Origin: Promethearchaeota archaeon
GTDB taxonomy: Archaea; Asgardarchaeota; Hermodarchaeia; Hermodarchaeales; Hermodarchaeaceae
NCBI GenBank assembly: GCA_048938385.1
Contig: JBHLMG010000015.1
Coordinates: 1-59,997 of the forward strand
Direction: 5' to 3'
DNA length: 59,997 nucleotides
The first letter of the stretch is position 1; every line of letters begins with the position of its first letter. A model generated the notes under the pieces. The model was not told where the DNA came from. It did no database searches and saw only the letters and a program-made list of their open reading frames with translations. The position numbers and the translations under genes were made by a program. Positions 27,864 to 37,356 of this stretch are shown here, in pieces.

Positions 27864-29396
27864 TTAGACATTCAATTGGTAGCAAAGACCACTAAACTGA
27901 TCGAAGATATCTCGGAAAGCCTTGTAAAGTTTGTCGTAAGTGACTACGCGTTTAGGATCCGGTGTGACTTGAAAATCATAGGTAAAAATAGATTCTAACT
28001 CATCGAAGGATTTGAATTCACCTAGTGCTACTGCGGCAACCAAGGCAACACCTACAGCCCCTGCATCCTGAAGGGTCATGGTGCGTCGAAGAGGCACATT
28101 GAGGACATCGGCAAAAATCCGAACCCATAAATCGCTTTTTGCACCTCCACCACAGATGTTCAAGCTTGAAATTGTATGTCCCAGTGATTCGATGACTTCT
28201 TTGACCCATCGGAGGTTGTAGGCGACCCCTTCGAGGACAGCACGAACCATATGGGCACGTGTGTGATCGAAACTGAGGTTCAGAAAGGCGCTTCGAACGA
28301 AAGGGTTAATGAAGGGACAACGCTCACCAACGGGCCAAGGTAGGTAGAGAAGATTTCGACTACCCGGCGGAATAGATTTCGCGTTATCAGTAATCAGATC
28401 ATATACATCTACATTCTTTTCTGAAGCTTCTTTGAGTTCTTGCGTGCAAACATTTTCTACCAGCCAGGCGAGGCAGGATCCAGCGCTTTCCGTATGTCCA
28501 GTTAGGAGGAGACGACCAGGAATTGCACTTTCCACGGTTCCTGCACCACTTAGGTCAAATTGAGGTGTGTCTTGGTGTTGGGAAATCCATCCAGAGGAAC
28601 CAATATACAAGTGTGGTTTACCTAGAGTTATTGCACCAGACCCAATGGGAACGGCAACCAAGTCACCGCATCCACAGACAATCTGGGTGTTTGTGCTTAA
28701 TCCTAATTTATCAGCAGCTTCGGGAGAGGGAGTACCAAGGATGTCTGTGGTTTTGACAATTGTTGAAAGGTTATCCAAGGAAAGCCCCAGCCCTTCCTTG
28801 ATAATTTCTGGTTCAGGCTCGTGCTTATCAACCCGAAAGTAGTTCCAGAGACAAGCGTGGCTCCAGTCTGTGTAAAAATCATCTAGTCCACATTTGAATA
28901 AAATCCAATCCTTGACATCGACGAATTTAGCGGCTTTCTTAAAGATTTGGGGTTCCTCATTCTTGACCCACAGAACCTTGGGCAAGGGATCCTTAGCAGA
29001 AGCTACTGGGATGATGTTCTTTGCCAACATGTCAGGAATAGGGAACAGATTCATTAAAGGAGTAACATAATCTACAGATCGGACATCGTGCCAGAGAATA
29101 GTTTTCCGGAGTGCGTTTCCCGTCGCATCAACAGGAATAACAGATGACATCATTGCATCGACGGTGAAAGCAACGATATCCTTGGGATTAGTTTTCGTCC
29201 GAGCGATGACTTCACGGGAGGTTTTGGTCACGGCCTCCCAATAGATGAGGGGGTCTTGTTCCGCCCAACGTTCTTGTGGGTATTCTACTTGATAAGCATG
29301 GTGTGTTGTGCCAAGTACTCGTCCTTGCAAATTCACGAGGCTGGATTTTGTGGTGCTTGTTCCTAGGTCACACGCTAAAATGTATTTATCAGACAC
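27864..29396 (-). CDS. FGGY-family carbohydrate kinase (xylulokinase-like)
   Basis: DLGTSTTK, WAEQDP, ILWHDVRS, GERCP, RAVLEGVAYNL, GGGAKS; GTG start at 29396 after GGAGG. Confidence 0.9.
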   Translation of the reverse strand: MSDKYILACDLGTSTTKSSLVNLQGRVLGTTHHAYQVEYPQERWAEQDPLIYWEAVTKTSREVIARTKTNPKDIVAFTVDAMMSSVIPVDATGNALRKTILWHDVRSVDYVTPLMNLFPIPDMLAKNIIPVASAKDPLPKVLWVKNEEPQIFKKAAKFVDVKDWILFKCGLDDFYTDWSHACLWNYFRVDKHEPEPEIIKEGLGLSLDNLSTIVKTTDILGTPSPEAADKLGLSTNTQIVCGCGDLVAVPIGSGAITLGKPHLYIGSSGWISQHQDTPQFDLSGAGTVESAIPGRLLLTGHTESAGSCLAWLVENVCTQELKEASEKNVDVYDLITDNAKSIPPGSRNLLYLPWPVGERCPFINPFVRSAFLNLSFDHTRAHMVRAVLEGVAYNLRWVKEVIESLGHTISSLNICGGGAKSDLWVRIFADVLNVPLRRTMTLQDAGAVGVALVAAVALGEFKSFDELESIFTYDFQVTPDPKRVVTYDKLYKAFRDIFDQFSGLCYQLNV

Positions 29397-29479
29397 GAAC
29401 AACCCTCCACCAGTAATGGAGGGCAACCTGAATAAAGGCTTACTGATATTGGCGTTCACACAGAAAAAGGTGTAATAGT

Positions 29480-30577
29480 CTAGAGCTCTAAAGCCATTTT
29501 AACAGCCTTAACACAAGCTTGATTCTGCTCCTGGGTTCCAACTGTAATTCGGATAAACTGGCCATCCAGGGCTGCCTTGCCGGAATAATCACGGACAATA
29601 ATCCCCTCTTGGAGCAAATGCTGAGCAATATCATAAGAGTCTACATCTGTTCCAGTGAATTGAGTTAACACGAAATTAGTTTTTGAAGGAAATGTCTTTA
29701 CATCAGGAAGTCCATTGAGGGCGCTCTCCAGATACTCTCGCCCTTTTCTGATTTCTCGCTTGACATAATCCAAGTAATCCCTGTCGTTTAATGCAGCAAT
29801 AGCGGCTGCAGCTGTAAGTCGATTAACTGGAAAGTGATGCAGGACTTTAGCAAGATAAGCCGCCAAATTGGGGTTAGTTAAGGCGTAACCAAGCCTCAAA
29901 CCTGCAAACCCAAAGGCCTTGGCCATGGTGCGTGTGATGACTAAGTTAGGATACTCATAAACCAAGTGAACCAATGTTGAATCAGCGAACTCAAAATAGG
30001 CTTCATCCAAAACTATAAGCAAATCGAGATCGAGAAGTTTTCGCATTGCAGTTTCAGGGATACAATTACCTACAGGGTTATTTGGGCTCACTAAAATGAT
30101 TTCTTTAGTTTGAGGTGTTATAGTATCGAAGACTTGATCGATGGTCCATTCATAGTTAGGGGGAGGTCGGGGCGCGAGTTGGCTTATCCCTCCAAAGATG
30201 TCTAATCGAATTCGATAGGGACCATAATCTGGTGGAACAAAAAGTACAGCGTCACCTGGATTCAAAAACCCATAATAAAAAGCATCGATAAATTGCGTAG
30301 ATCCATTGGCAACAACGATGTAAGTCTCTGGAAATTCCGTATACTGGGCTAGAGCTTTTTTGAGATCATAATAGGAGGAATCCGGATAGAGATGAGCGTT
30401 ATCCAGTTCGTCAATAATAGCTAACCGAGCTTTGGGTGAAATCCCAAAGGGGAGTTCATTCCCCATCAATCGCGCATAATCAGATCGGGTCTCATAAAGC
30501 ATGCGTAAGAGGGCTGTAGGATTATAAGGAGTAGCTTCGAGAACTTGTGACTTGAGCAAATGTGCGATGTCTCCCAT
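29480..30577 (-). CDS. hisC: Histidinol-phosphate aminotransferase family
   Basis: GNELPF, YPD, SPNNPVGN, DEAYFEF, RTMAKAFGFAGLRLGY, RITVGT. Confidence 0.85.
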   Translation of the reverse strand: MGDIAHLLKSQVLEATPYNPTALLRMLYETRSDYARLMGNELPFGISPKARLAIIDELDNAHLYPDSSYYDLKKALAQYTEFPETYIVVANGSTQFIDAFYYGFLNPGDAVLFVPPDYGPYRIRLDIFGGISQLAPRPPPNYEWTIDQVFDTITPQTKEIILVSPNNPVGNCIPETAMRKLLDLDLLIVLDEAYFEFADSTLVHLVYEYPNLVITRTMAKAFGFAGLRLGYALTNPNLAAYLAKVLHHFPVNRLTAAAAIAALNDRDYLDYVKREIRKGREYLESALNGLPDVKTFPSKTNFVLTQFTGTDVDSYDIAQHLLQEGIIVRDYSGKAALDGQFIRITVGTQEQNQACVKAVKMALEL

Positions 30578-30726
30578 GAGAAGTTCAACTCCAACTTTCT
30601 GATGCGAGGATAAGGTCCTCTTTAATGTAGAGTCTTAAAGGCAATGGTTGTACTGAAAAACCTTCTTGAACAGGTTTTTTGATGAAACCGTCTGGCTTTT
30701 AAAGATAAATCACGCTACACGCACCT

Positions 30727-32259
30727 ATGACGAAGGAAATAGCAGCCTACGATGAATTAATGGGAAAATTCAAAGAAATTGTGCTCTTAGAAACGGTTGG
30801 CGCCATCATGGGATGGGATACCGAAGTCTATATTCCTCCAAATGGCTTTCCCCTCCGAGGCGAACAAATGGCCCTTTTAGGGCAGCTTCGTCATCGTATG
30901 TATTCAAGCCCAGAAATTGGTAAGCTCCTCGACAAAGCAGAAAGTAAAACGATCTACGGTTCTCTAAACGAGGTCCAACAACGAAACATCGATCTCATTC
31001 GCAGAGAATATGACGCAATGGTCAAAATGCCTGAAGAACTCGTTGCAGCTTATGCCAAACAACAAACCAAAACCGTTCAAATCTGGAAACGGGCGAAAGC
31101 GAAAAAGGACTGGAAAATGTTTGAACCCGAACTCCAAGCTCTCTTTGACTTAGTAGTTAAACGCGCAGACATCCTCATGAAAGTGCGTGATACACCAACG
31201 CCTTACGATGCCCTCATTGACATCTTTGAACCCCGAATGAATCAAACTACCATCAACCAAGTCTTTACAGATCTCCGTAATGATCTCATTCCCCTGGTCG
31301 ATAAATACAGTGAAGTCTCTAAAAAAGTAGACACTTCTTTTCTAAAACGGAAAATCCCAATCGAAGCTCAACGTAAAATCGCCACGGCTCTTTGTGATTT
31401 TATTCTCTACGATACCACCAGTGACAAGGCAGGAGGCCGTATAGATGAAACCGAACACCCATTCAGTACAGGATACTTCCAAGATGTCCGAATCACTACT
31501 CACTACTATGAGGAAAATTTCGCATCTTCGATGTATTCAGTATTGCATGAAGGCGGACACGCCCTGTATGGGCAAAATCATGATCCTACCTCAATTTTTC
31601 AGCCATGGGGCGATGCCTCAAGTTATGGAATTCACGAATCTCAATCCCGGTTTGTAGAAAACATGCTTGGACGTTCCAAGGAATTTACCATGTATTTCCT
31701 TCCGAAGCTGAATAAACTCACGAATAACACCTTCAAGGATATTGGTGTTGATCAGTTTACGAAGGCGGTGAACCAAGTCAAACGCTCTAAGATCCGGATT
31801 GAAGCTGATGAAGTCACATACTCGTTGCATGTGATTATTCGTTTTGAAATCGAACAAGCCCTCTTCGCAAACAAAGTACAAATCTCAGAACTCCCAAGTG
31901 TGTGGAACGAAAAGTATGATAAATATCTCGGTGTCAAAATCAAACACGACTCAGAAGGGGTCATGCAGGACACCCACTGGGCTTCCGGGTATCACGGCTA
32001 CTTCCCCTCGTATGCGTTAGGTAACATTTACGGTGGTCAGCTTCTGGCAAAAATGGAGCAAGAGCTTCCTGATTGGCTTGATCAAGTAGCTGTCGGTAAA
32101 TTCGCATCAATCAAGCAGTGGATGGTTGACAATGTTCACAAACACGGGAACCTGTACAACCCTGAAGATCTTATTAAGCTAATTACTGGTGAAGGACTAA
32201 ACGCAAAACCGTTCATTAATTACCTAACGGTCAAGTATAAGCGAATCTTTAACACCTAA
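30727..32259 (+). CDS. Carboxypeptidase M32
   Basis: HPF, DVRITT, HEGGHALY, HESQSRF, IRIEADE, QDTHW, GYFPSYALG. Confidence 0.95.
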   Translation: MTKEIAAYDELMGKFKEIVLLETVGAIMGWDTEVYIPPNGFPLRGEQMALLGQLRHRMYSSPEIGKLLDKAESKTIYGSLNEVQQRNIDLIRREYDAMVKMPEELVAAYAKQQTKTVQIWKRAKAKKDWKMFEPELQALFDLVVKRADILMKVRDTPTPYDALIDIFEPRMNQTTINQVFTDLRNDLIPLVDKYSEVSKKVDTSFLKRKIPIEAQRKIATALCDFILYDTTSDKAGGRIDETEHPFSTGYFQDVRITTHYYEENFASSMYSVLHEGGHALYGQNHDPTSIFQPWGDASSYGIHESQSRFVENMLGRSKEFTMYFLPKLNKLTNNTFKDIGVDQFTKAVNQVKRSKIRIEADEVTYSLHVIIRFEIEQALFANKVQISELPSVWNEKYDKYLGVKIKHDSEGVMQDTHWASGYHGYFPSYALGNIYGGQLLAKMEQELPDWLDQVAVGKFASIKQWMVDNVHKHGNLYNPEDLIKLITGEGLNAKPFINYLTVKYKRIFNT

Positions 32260-32279
32260 AAATCCGCGCCAGTGGATTT
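32260..32279 (+). terminator. Hairpin immediately after the M32 stop codon
   Basis: AAATCCGC-gcca-GTGGATTT, 8-bp stem with one G-U pair. Confidence 0.3.
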
Positions 32280-32507
32280 CTCAACTCCTTCTTATCCTAA
32301 TCGAGCACCAGCCAATTGTAATCTCACTCCTTTTAGTTGAAATTAGACAAAAATCTACTTTTTTTCTGTTTGAAGAAAAACATGAAATGGGGTCAAAAAC
32401 AAAAGTTGGGAGAAAATAACGCAGAGATTGCTAATTTGTCTCAAAGAGACGCGTTCTTAAGTGCATTGACGAATGAATAACCTACAAAACAAGAATAGGT
32501 TGATCCA

Positions 32508-33356
32508 ATGATTCATCATGTCTTCATCATCGATGCGCGTGAGGAAATCGTGGTGGAGAAGAAGTTTTGGATCATCAATGTGAACTCAATTGAAGTTCAA
32601 GATTTCGCCCGAGGAGTAAGGGAAGCTAAGCGACTTCTCATCGAACAGCGAGGAGACACGAAATACATTGGACAACCCCTCGGTCGCGGGGTTGTGGTTT
32701 TGTGCGCTGAACCTATAGACGAAGACTCGACGCTACTTGAGAAACTTGAACGAGTAACTGATGAATTTCGTCTTGTCATCAGTTATCAAGAAGATTTTGA
32801 TGAGTTTATGCGCAAACTAGAAAACTACATCGTTACTAAGCTCAAGGTAAGCATCCTCGGGTACGGTGGCGTAGGAAAAACGACAATCGTCCATTTACTC
32901 AATGGGGGCGAACTTCCCACCTCCTATATTCCCACCATCGGGTTAGACATCCAAAAAGTCGAAGGAGTCCGCATTGGAACTTATGAAATCCTCCTCTGGG
33001 ACTTCGCAGGACAAGATCGATTCCGTAAACTTTGGAAAGCCTTGTTTTCTCGAAGTCGAATCATCTTCCTAGTCACTGATTCCACCCTCGAGAATGTGCT
33101 GCAGAGTAAGGATATCATCACCTTCTTGCATCAAGAGGGCGTAATAGGTGAAATTGTGGCGATTGCGAATAAACAAGATCTTTCTGGTGCTTTACAACCA
33201 TACCTAGTTCAACGACTTTTAGGCGTCAAAACTTATGGACTTACGGCTATTGATCCCAATGATCGTGATAAAGCGTTGGACATAATCCGATTGAGCTTGG
33301 AGCAAAGTGTGGACTGGGATAAGATGGAATTTAGTTCAGTTGACTTCTTGGCTTAG
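32508..33356 (+). CDS. Small GTPase (Arf/Rab-like) fused to an N-terminal longin-like domain
   Basis: G1 GYGGVGKT, G2 PTIG, G3 WDFAGQDRFR, G4 ANKQD; N-terminus MIHHVFIID...IVVEKKFW resembles longin/adaptin first strands. Confidence 0.85.
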   Translation: MIHHVFIIDAREEIVVEKKFWIINVNSIEVQDFARGVREAKRLLIEQRGDTKYIGQPLGRGVVVLCAEPIDEDSTLLEKLERVTDEFRLVISYQEDFDEFMRKLENYIVTKLKVSILGYGGVGKTTIVHLLNGGELPTSYIPTIGLDIQKVEGVRIGTYEILLWDFAGQDRFRKLWKALFSRSRIIFLVTDSTLENVLQSKDIITFLHQEGVIGEIVAIANKQDLSGALQPYLVQRLLGVKTYGLTAIDPNDRDKALDIIRLSLEQSVDWDKMEFSSVDFLA

Positions 33357-33437
33357 TAATGCCAGTTTCTTTCAATTATTCGCAAAGCCATGGAACTTAA
33401 TTAGATGCAATTCACAGATTAGAAATTAGAATTCACC

Positions 33438-34313
33438 ATGACATCCGAGAGTTCAGCACAGCTTAGATCAAACCCTGCACCATCCAAGGTAAGTCGGATC
33501 CAAGCAAGCCATAATCTCAAAGCCGATATTCAAATGGCAGTGAATCTAATTGGCGGGTTTGAAGAACTAATTCAACCTAATGACCTTGTGACCATAAAAC
33601 CCAATATGAACACTGCAGATCCCTACCCGGCATCTAGCGATGCAACATTCATCAAAGCCCTTGGTGAACTCCTCCTTGATGCTGGTGCTAGTAAACTCCA
33701 GATAATGGATGCGGCAACCCAACGTGTTTGCACGCGCGATGTAGGGGAAAAAATTGGCCTTTGTGATGTTGCAATAGACCTTGATGCAGAATTCATCTCT
33801 TTGGACGAATATCCATGGATTAAACAGGAATTTCCAAGAGCCCGTTTTTTGAAACGAGGACACATTGGCGAGCCCGCCCTCAACATGGGAAAACTCATTC
33901 TCGCCCCATGTCTCAAAACCCACGCATTTGCACGCTTCACTGCAAGCATGAAACTGTTAATGGGATTGTTAAAACGCGAAGATCGTCTGAAAATGCACAT
34001 TCGACGGTTAGAGCCAAAGATCGCCGATCTTGCCTCTTACTTCAACCCGAGCCTCATCGTAATGGATGCCCGATCAGTCTTTGTCACGAAGGGACCAATG
34101 AAAGGCAAACTGGCTACGCCAAATCTAATCCTCGCTAGCCATGACATGGTTGCCATTGATGTGGTGGGCGTACAAATACTCCAGAGCTATAATGAGAAAA
34201 ACAAACTCAACATGTCTGTTTGGGAACTTCCTCAAATCAAACACGCTGCCGACCTAAAAATCGGTGCTACATGCGATGAAGACATCACTATCGTTAGCCA
34301 CCCTGGATTCTAA
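33438..34313 (+). CDS. DUF362 domain protein
   Basis: LIGGFEELIQPNDLVTIKPN, CLKTH...FTASMK, GP..G, D.VAID. Confidence 0.85.
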   Translation: MTSESSAQLRSNPAPSKVSRIQASHNLKADIQMAVNLIGGFEELIQPNDLVTIKPNMNTADPYPASSDATFIKALGELLLDAGASKLQIMDAATQRVCTRDVGEKIGLCDVAIDLDAEFISLDEYPWIKQEFPRARFLKRGHIGEPALNMGKLILAPCLKTHAFARFTASMKLLMGLLKREDRLKMHIRRLEPKIADLASYFNPSLIVMDARSVFVTKGPMKGKLATPNLILASHDMVAIDVVGVQILQSYNEKNKLNMSVWELPQIKHAADLKIGATCDEDITIVSHPGF

Positions 34314-34319
34314 ATGGAC

Positions 34320-34790
34320 TCATTGAGATAACTCAATAATATCATCGTAATAGCCATCACGAATCTTATTCAGGACTACAAATGACCGAGTTTTTTCGAT
34401 ATAAGGTTGGTTACGCACTTTTTCGATGATTCCTTCAAAACATTGAATATCCTTACAGATAATTCGAAGAACTAAATCAAACTCACCTGTAACTGTATAC
34501 ACATCAACGATGTTTTCGATATCCTGAAGTTTCTTGGCAACATCGAGCTGATTCATCTTACCGACATTTACACCAACAAGCACGGTGATTGGATATCCGA
34601 CTTTACCATAATCTAGCGCAACAGAAAAGCGCTTGATTATTTCATTATCAATCAAAGCATCTATTCGGCGTCGGATGGCTGATTCAGATAAACCGAGCCT
34701 GCGGGCTAGAGCGGCCATAGATTGTCGCGCATCCCGAAGGAGATGCCTTAGAATTCGTCGATCAGTTTCATCAACTTTGAAAAGAGACAT
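34320..34790 (-). CDS. Lrp/AsnC family transcriptional regulator
   Basis: DETDRRILRHLLRDARQS..LARRLGLSESAIRRRI; VTGEFDL RAM domain; divergent from ilvE. Confidence 0.92.
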   Translation of the reverse strand: MSLFKVDETDRRILRHLLRDARQSMAALARRLGLSESAIRRRIDALIDNEIIKRFSVALDYGKVGYPITVLVGVNVGKMNQLDVAKKLQDIENIVDVYTVTGEFDLVLRIICKDIQCFEGIIEKVRNQPYIEKTRSFVVLNKIRDGYYDDIIELSQ

Positions 34791-34966
34791 TGTTCCGCAT
34801 CCACAACATTTTAAGGAGGACTCAGGCTGGCAAGAAAACCACACCTAAGGTCCTCATTTCTAGCGCGTTCTCACTCTATACTTTTAAACACATAGTGTGT
34901 ACCGTTTCTTTAACCCTTATTTCAGGCGGTTTCTGTTTACCACTTATATAGAAATGGTGGATTCTC

Positions 34967-35869
34967 ATGGGAAAAGATCCTCTCGTTTACATTGATGGCG
35001 ACCTAGTTCCCAGCCAGGAAGCAAAAATTTCAGTTTTCGACCATGGACTCCTATATGGTGATGGCATCTTTGAAGGCATCCGAGTTTATAGTGGAGTGGT
35101 CTTCTTGCTAGATGCTCACCTTGACCGTTTGTATCACAGTGCTAAAGCAATGAAGCTAACAATCCCTCTTGATAAAGCAGCATTAAAGAAAGCAGTTTTG
35201 GAAACGCTACGTGAGAATGGATACAAGGATTCATACATACGTTTGGTCGTAACCCGTGGAAAAGGCGATTTAGGCCTTAACCCCAAGAAGTGTCCGAAGG
35301 CATCGATTATCATCATAAACATGCCCGTATCTCCAATGCATGGAGAAGCTGCAGCCCAAAAAGGAATTACAACGATTATTTCTTACACTCGCCGACAAAC
35401 ACCTGATTCCACTTCACACGAAATCAAGTCATTAAATTATCTGAATAGCATCCTGGCAATTATTGAAGCGAATAGGCAGGGTGCAGATGATGCCATCCTG
35501 TTAGACCATCGTGGTTTCGTTGCAGAAGCGACCGGAACCACATTGATTGCAATTAGGAATGGAGAGTTACATGCTCCCCCATTAACAGCCAGCATTCTCG
35601 ACAGTCTTACACGCAGATTCGTGATTAGCATGGCAAAGGAACTTGGATTCAAAGTTCATGAAGAAGACATGACTCCTTATCAGCTACTTATGGCAGAAGA
35701 AGTATTTCTTTGCGGAACGATGGGTGAAATTACCCCGGTCCGCAGCATCAATGGACAATCTATCGGAACAGATACGCCAGGTCCAATAACCAAGCAGTTA
35801 TTAGATGTTTACAAGGCGCGTCGCTGTGACCCCAAATATGGTACACCCATATTTTCCGAAGAAAAGTAA
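34967..35869 (+). CDS. ilvE: Branched-chain amino acid aminotransferase
   Basis: FDHGLLYGDGIFEGIRVY, YIRLVVTRG, IKSLNYL, EVFLCGT..EITPV. Confidence 0.95.
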   Translation: MGKDPLVYIDGDLVPSQEAKISVFDHGLLYGDGIFEGIRVYSGVVFLLDAHLDRLYHSAKAMKLTIPLDKAALKKAVLETLRENGYKDSYIRLVVTRGKGDLGLNPKKCPKASIIIINMPVSPMHGEAAAQKGITTIISYTRRQTPDSTSHEIKSLNYLNSILAIIEANRQGADDAILLDHRGFVAEATGTTLIAIRNGELHAPPLTASILDSLTRRFVISMAKELGFKVHEEDMTPYQLLMAEEVFLCGTMGEITPVRSINGQSIGTDTPGPITKQLLDVYKARRCDPKYGTPIFSEEK

Positions 35870-35989
35870 TTCAGACAGATAGATTCGATTGGAACCATGG
35901 TTCCCTTCAGTGCTGCTGCTACAAGACTATTTTCTGCAAAGTGTTGTTGTAGGGAATTAATGGCGTTTACGCGAAGTTCCCTGCGTTTC

Positions 35990-36259
35990 TTACCGTTCGT
36001 TTGTTTGATTTCCAGGAAAGGAACAAGATGTAAGAGAGGCCTGAATACCTTTCACGGATTCTTTGATCAGAAAGTTCCAAGTCAAAGGCCCTAAATCCAA
36101 TAGAGCGTTTAAAAAAAAATCCCAGGTTTGAGAACCCTTACCCAGACCTTTCTCGAAAGCTCTTTTCATCGCAATAAAACGCTTTTTTGTATTAACGGTT
36201 ATACCGATAGCGGTCCATTTGTCCTTAGAGGGAGCAGAGGCATTGACAAAATCCGACAT
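35990..36259 (-). CDS. Small putative ribbon-helix-helix (antitoxin-like) DNA-binding protein
   Basis: WTAIGITVNTKKRF...K...TWDFFLNALLD matches the strand-helix-helix pattern of archaeal RHH proteins. Confidence 0.5.
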   Translation of the reverse strand: MSDFVNASAPSKDKWTAIGITVNTKKRFIAMKRAFEKGLGKGSQTWDFFLNALLDLGPLTWNFLIKESVKGIQASLTSCSFPGNQTNER

Positions 36260-36261
36260 GT

Positions 36262-36390
36262 TTTCACTATCCTGACTTGAACCTTCTCTGCAGATATACC
36301 CTCAGCTATAGCAAGGTATCTTTTTGAAGCTGTCGGCTATGACATACCTCCCAGAAGGATATCATTCATTGCTAGTCAGGGTGGAACCAC
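36262..36390. ncRNA. Candidate structured RNA (multi-stem junction), strand uncertain
   Basis: Nested stems CCTGACT/AGTCAGG and CCTTCT/AGAAGG enclosing two hairpins with complementary loops (ATAGC / GCTAT). Confidence 0.3.
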
Positions 36391-36492
36391 ACCGATGATA
36401 GGATACAGGTATAATTAGCTCTAGGTTTTGAGTAAAAACTGAAAATAAACAGTATCCTATTTTTTGATTTGCTTGGGCAACCCTTCCTTAAT

Positions 36493-36738
36493 CTAGCCGC
36501 ATTGCCGCTTCAACATCTTCGTCAGATGGAAGGCCGAACGGTTTGCAGAGTATTGATTACGCCCTTGAAAGAAGCGCGCTTCTGCTCGTTTGCGCGCAAA
36601 TTGTGCTTCCTCTTTATGCGGATCAGCCGGCATGCTACTTAAAGGTCCACGCATCGCACTGATATACGCGTCCCAGGATCGGCGATTTAGTTTCTTGTTG
36701 TTATTAGGCAAGGTATGATTGATGCCTTTCGCCTCCAA
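36493..36738 (-). CDS. Small basic hypothetical protein
   Basis: 81-aa ORF with TTG start, filling the gap divergent from the nuclease-like gene; no recognisable motif. Confidence 0.4.
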   Translation of the reverse strand: MEAKGINHTLPNNNKKLNRRSWDAYISAMRGPLSSMPADPHKEEAQFARKRAEARFFQGRNQYSANRSAFHLTKMLKRQCG

Positions 36739-36813
36739 TAGTATCTTTAGTAAACGGAGATATAAGGTTAATGAAAGCAGAGGATGCAGTGCTCTGTGTA
36801 CAGGTGTAACTAG

Positions 36814-37356
36814 ATGCGTGTAAAAGCCTTAATTGCTGGGCTACAGGAGCTAGTAAACGAATTAAATATTGAAGGGTGGCATGAGTTCCGAACCTCCGAT
36901 CAGACGCGAATTGATTTTGCCATTACTAAAGGAGCTCAACGATTACTGTCTGTAGAGTTCGAGCGTTCAAGGAAATGGTTGTTTGCTCGGGTTTTGTACA
37001 ATTCTGTGAAGGCGCAAAGAGCTGAGTTTCCTGCCATCCTTTTTGTGTATCCGTTTTACGATCTCCCGCGAGCCGGTAGATCATGGGTGCCAACTTATGT
37101 GGAAGAAGAGCTGGGATTACGATTGGCGTTGTGTCATCCTCGCGATTGTATTGCAGCAACGCGCGCCCTAATTTATGAACAATTACAGCGCCCAATTCCA
37201 GAGAATATTGTAGAAACCAATTGTGTGATTACTACGACTTCACCTTCTTCGTTAAGGGTGGGAGCAGAAGCGTGGAAAACGATGAAGCCCCCTTCAAGGA
37301 AAATACATAAAAAAAGAGCACAAACCACAAAGGTCCCCAGAAAAAAAAGCAGCTAA
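36814..37356 (+). CDS. PD-(D/E)XK nuclease-like protein with Lys-rich tail
   Basis: HEF...RIDFAI...LSVEFE (E..D..ExE arrangement); SD AGGTG. Confidence 0.55.
   Translation: MRVKALIAGLQELVNELNIEGWHEFRTSDQTRIDFAITKGAQRLLSVEFERSRKWLFARVLYNSVKAQRAEFPAILFVYPFYDLPRAGRSWVPTYVEEELGLRLALCHPRDCIAATRALIYEQLQRPIPENIVETNCVITTTSPSSLRVGAEAWKTMKPPSRKIHKKRAQTTKVPRKKSS

Noticed and set aside
35870-36490. RNase P RNA, SRP RNA, 5S rRNA, hammerhead or known riboswitch
   Set aside because: Could not find GAGGAAAGUCC, the SRP helix-8 motif, 5S loop C, the CUGAnGA/GAAA core, or SAM/TPP/FMN consensus on either strand by eye
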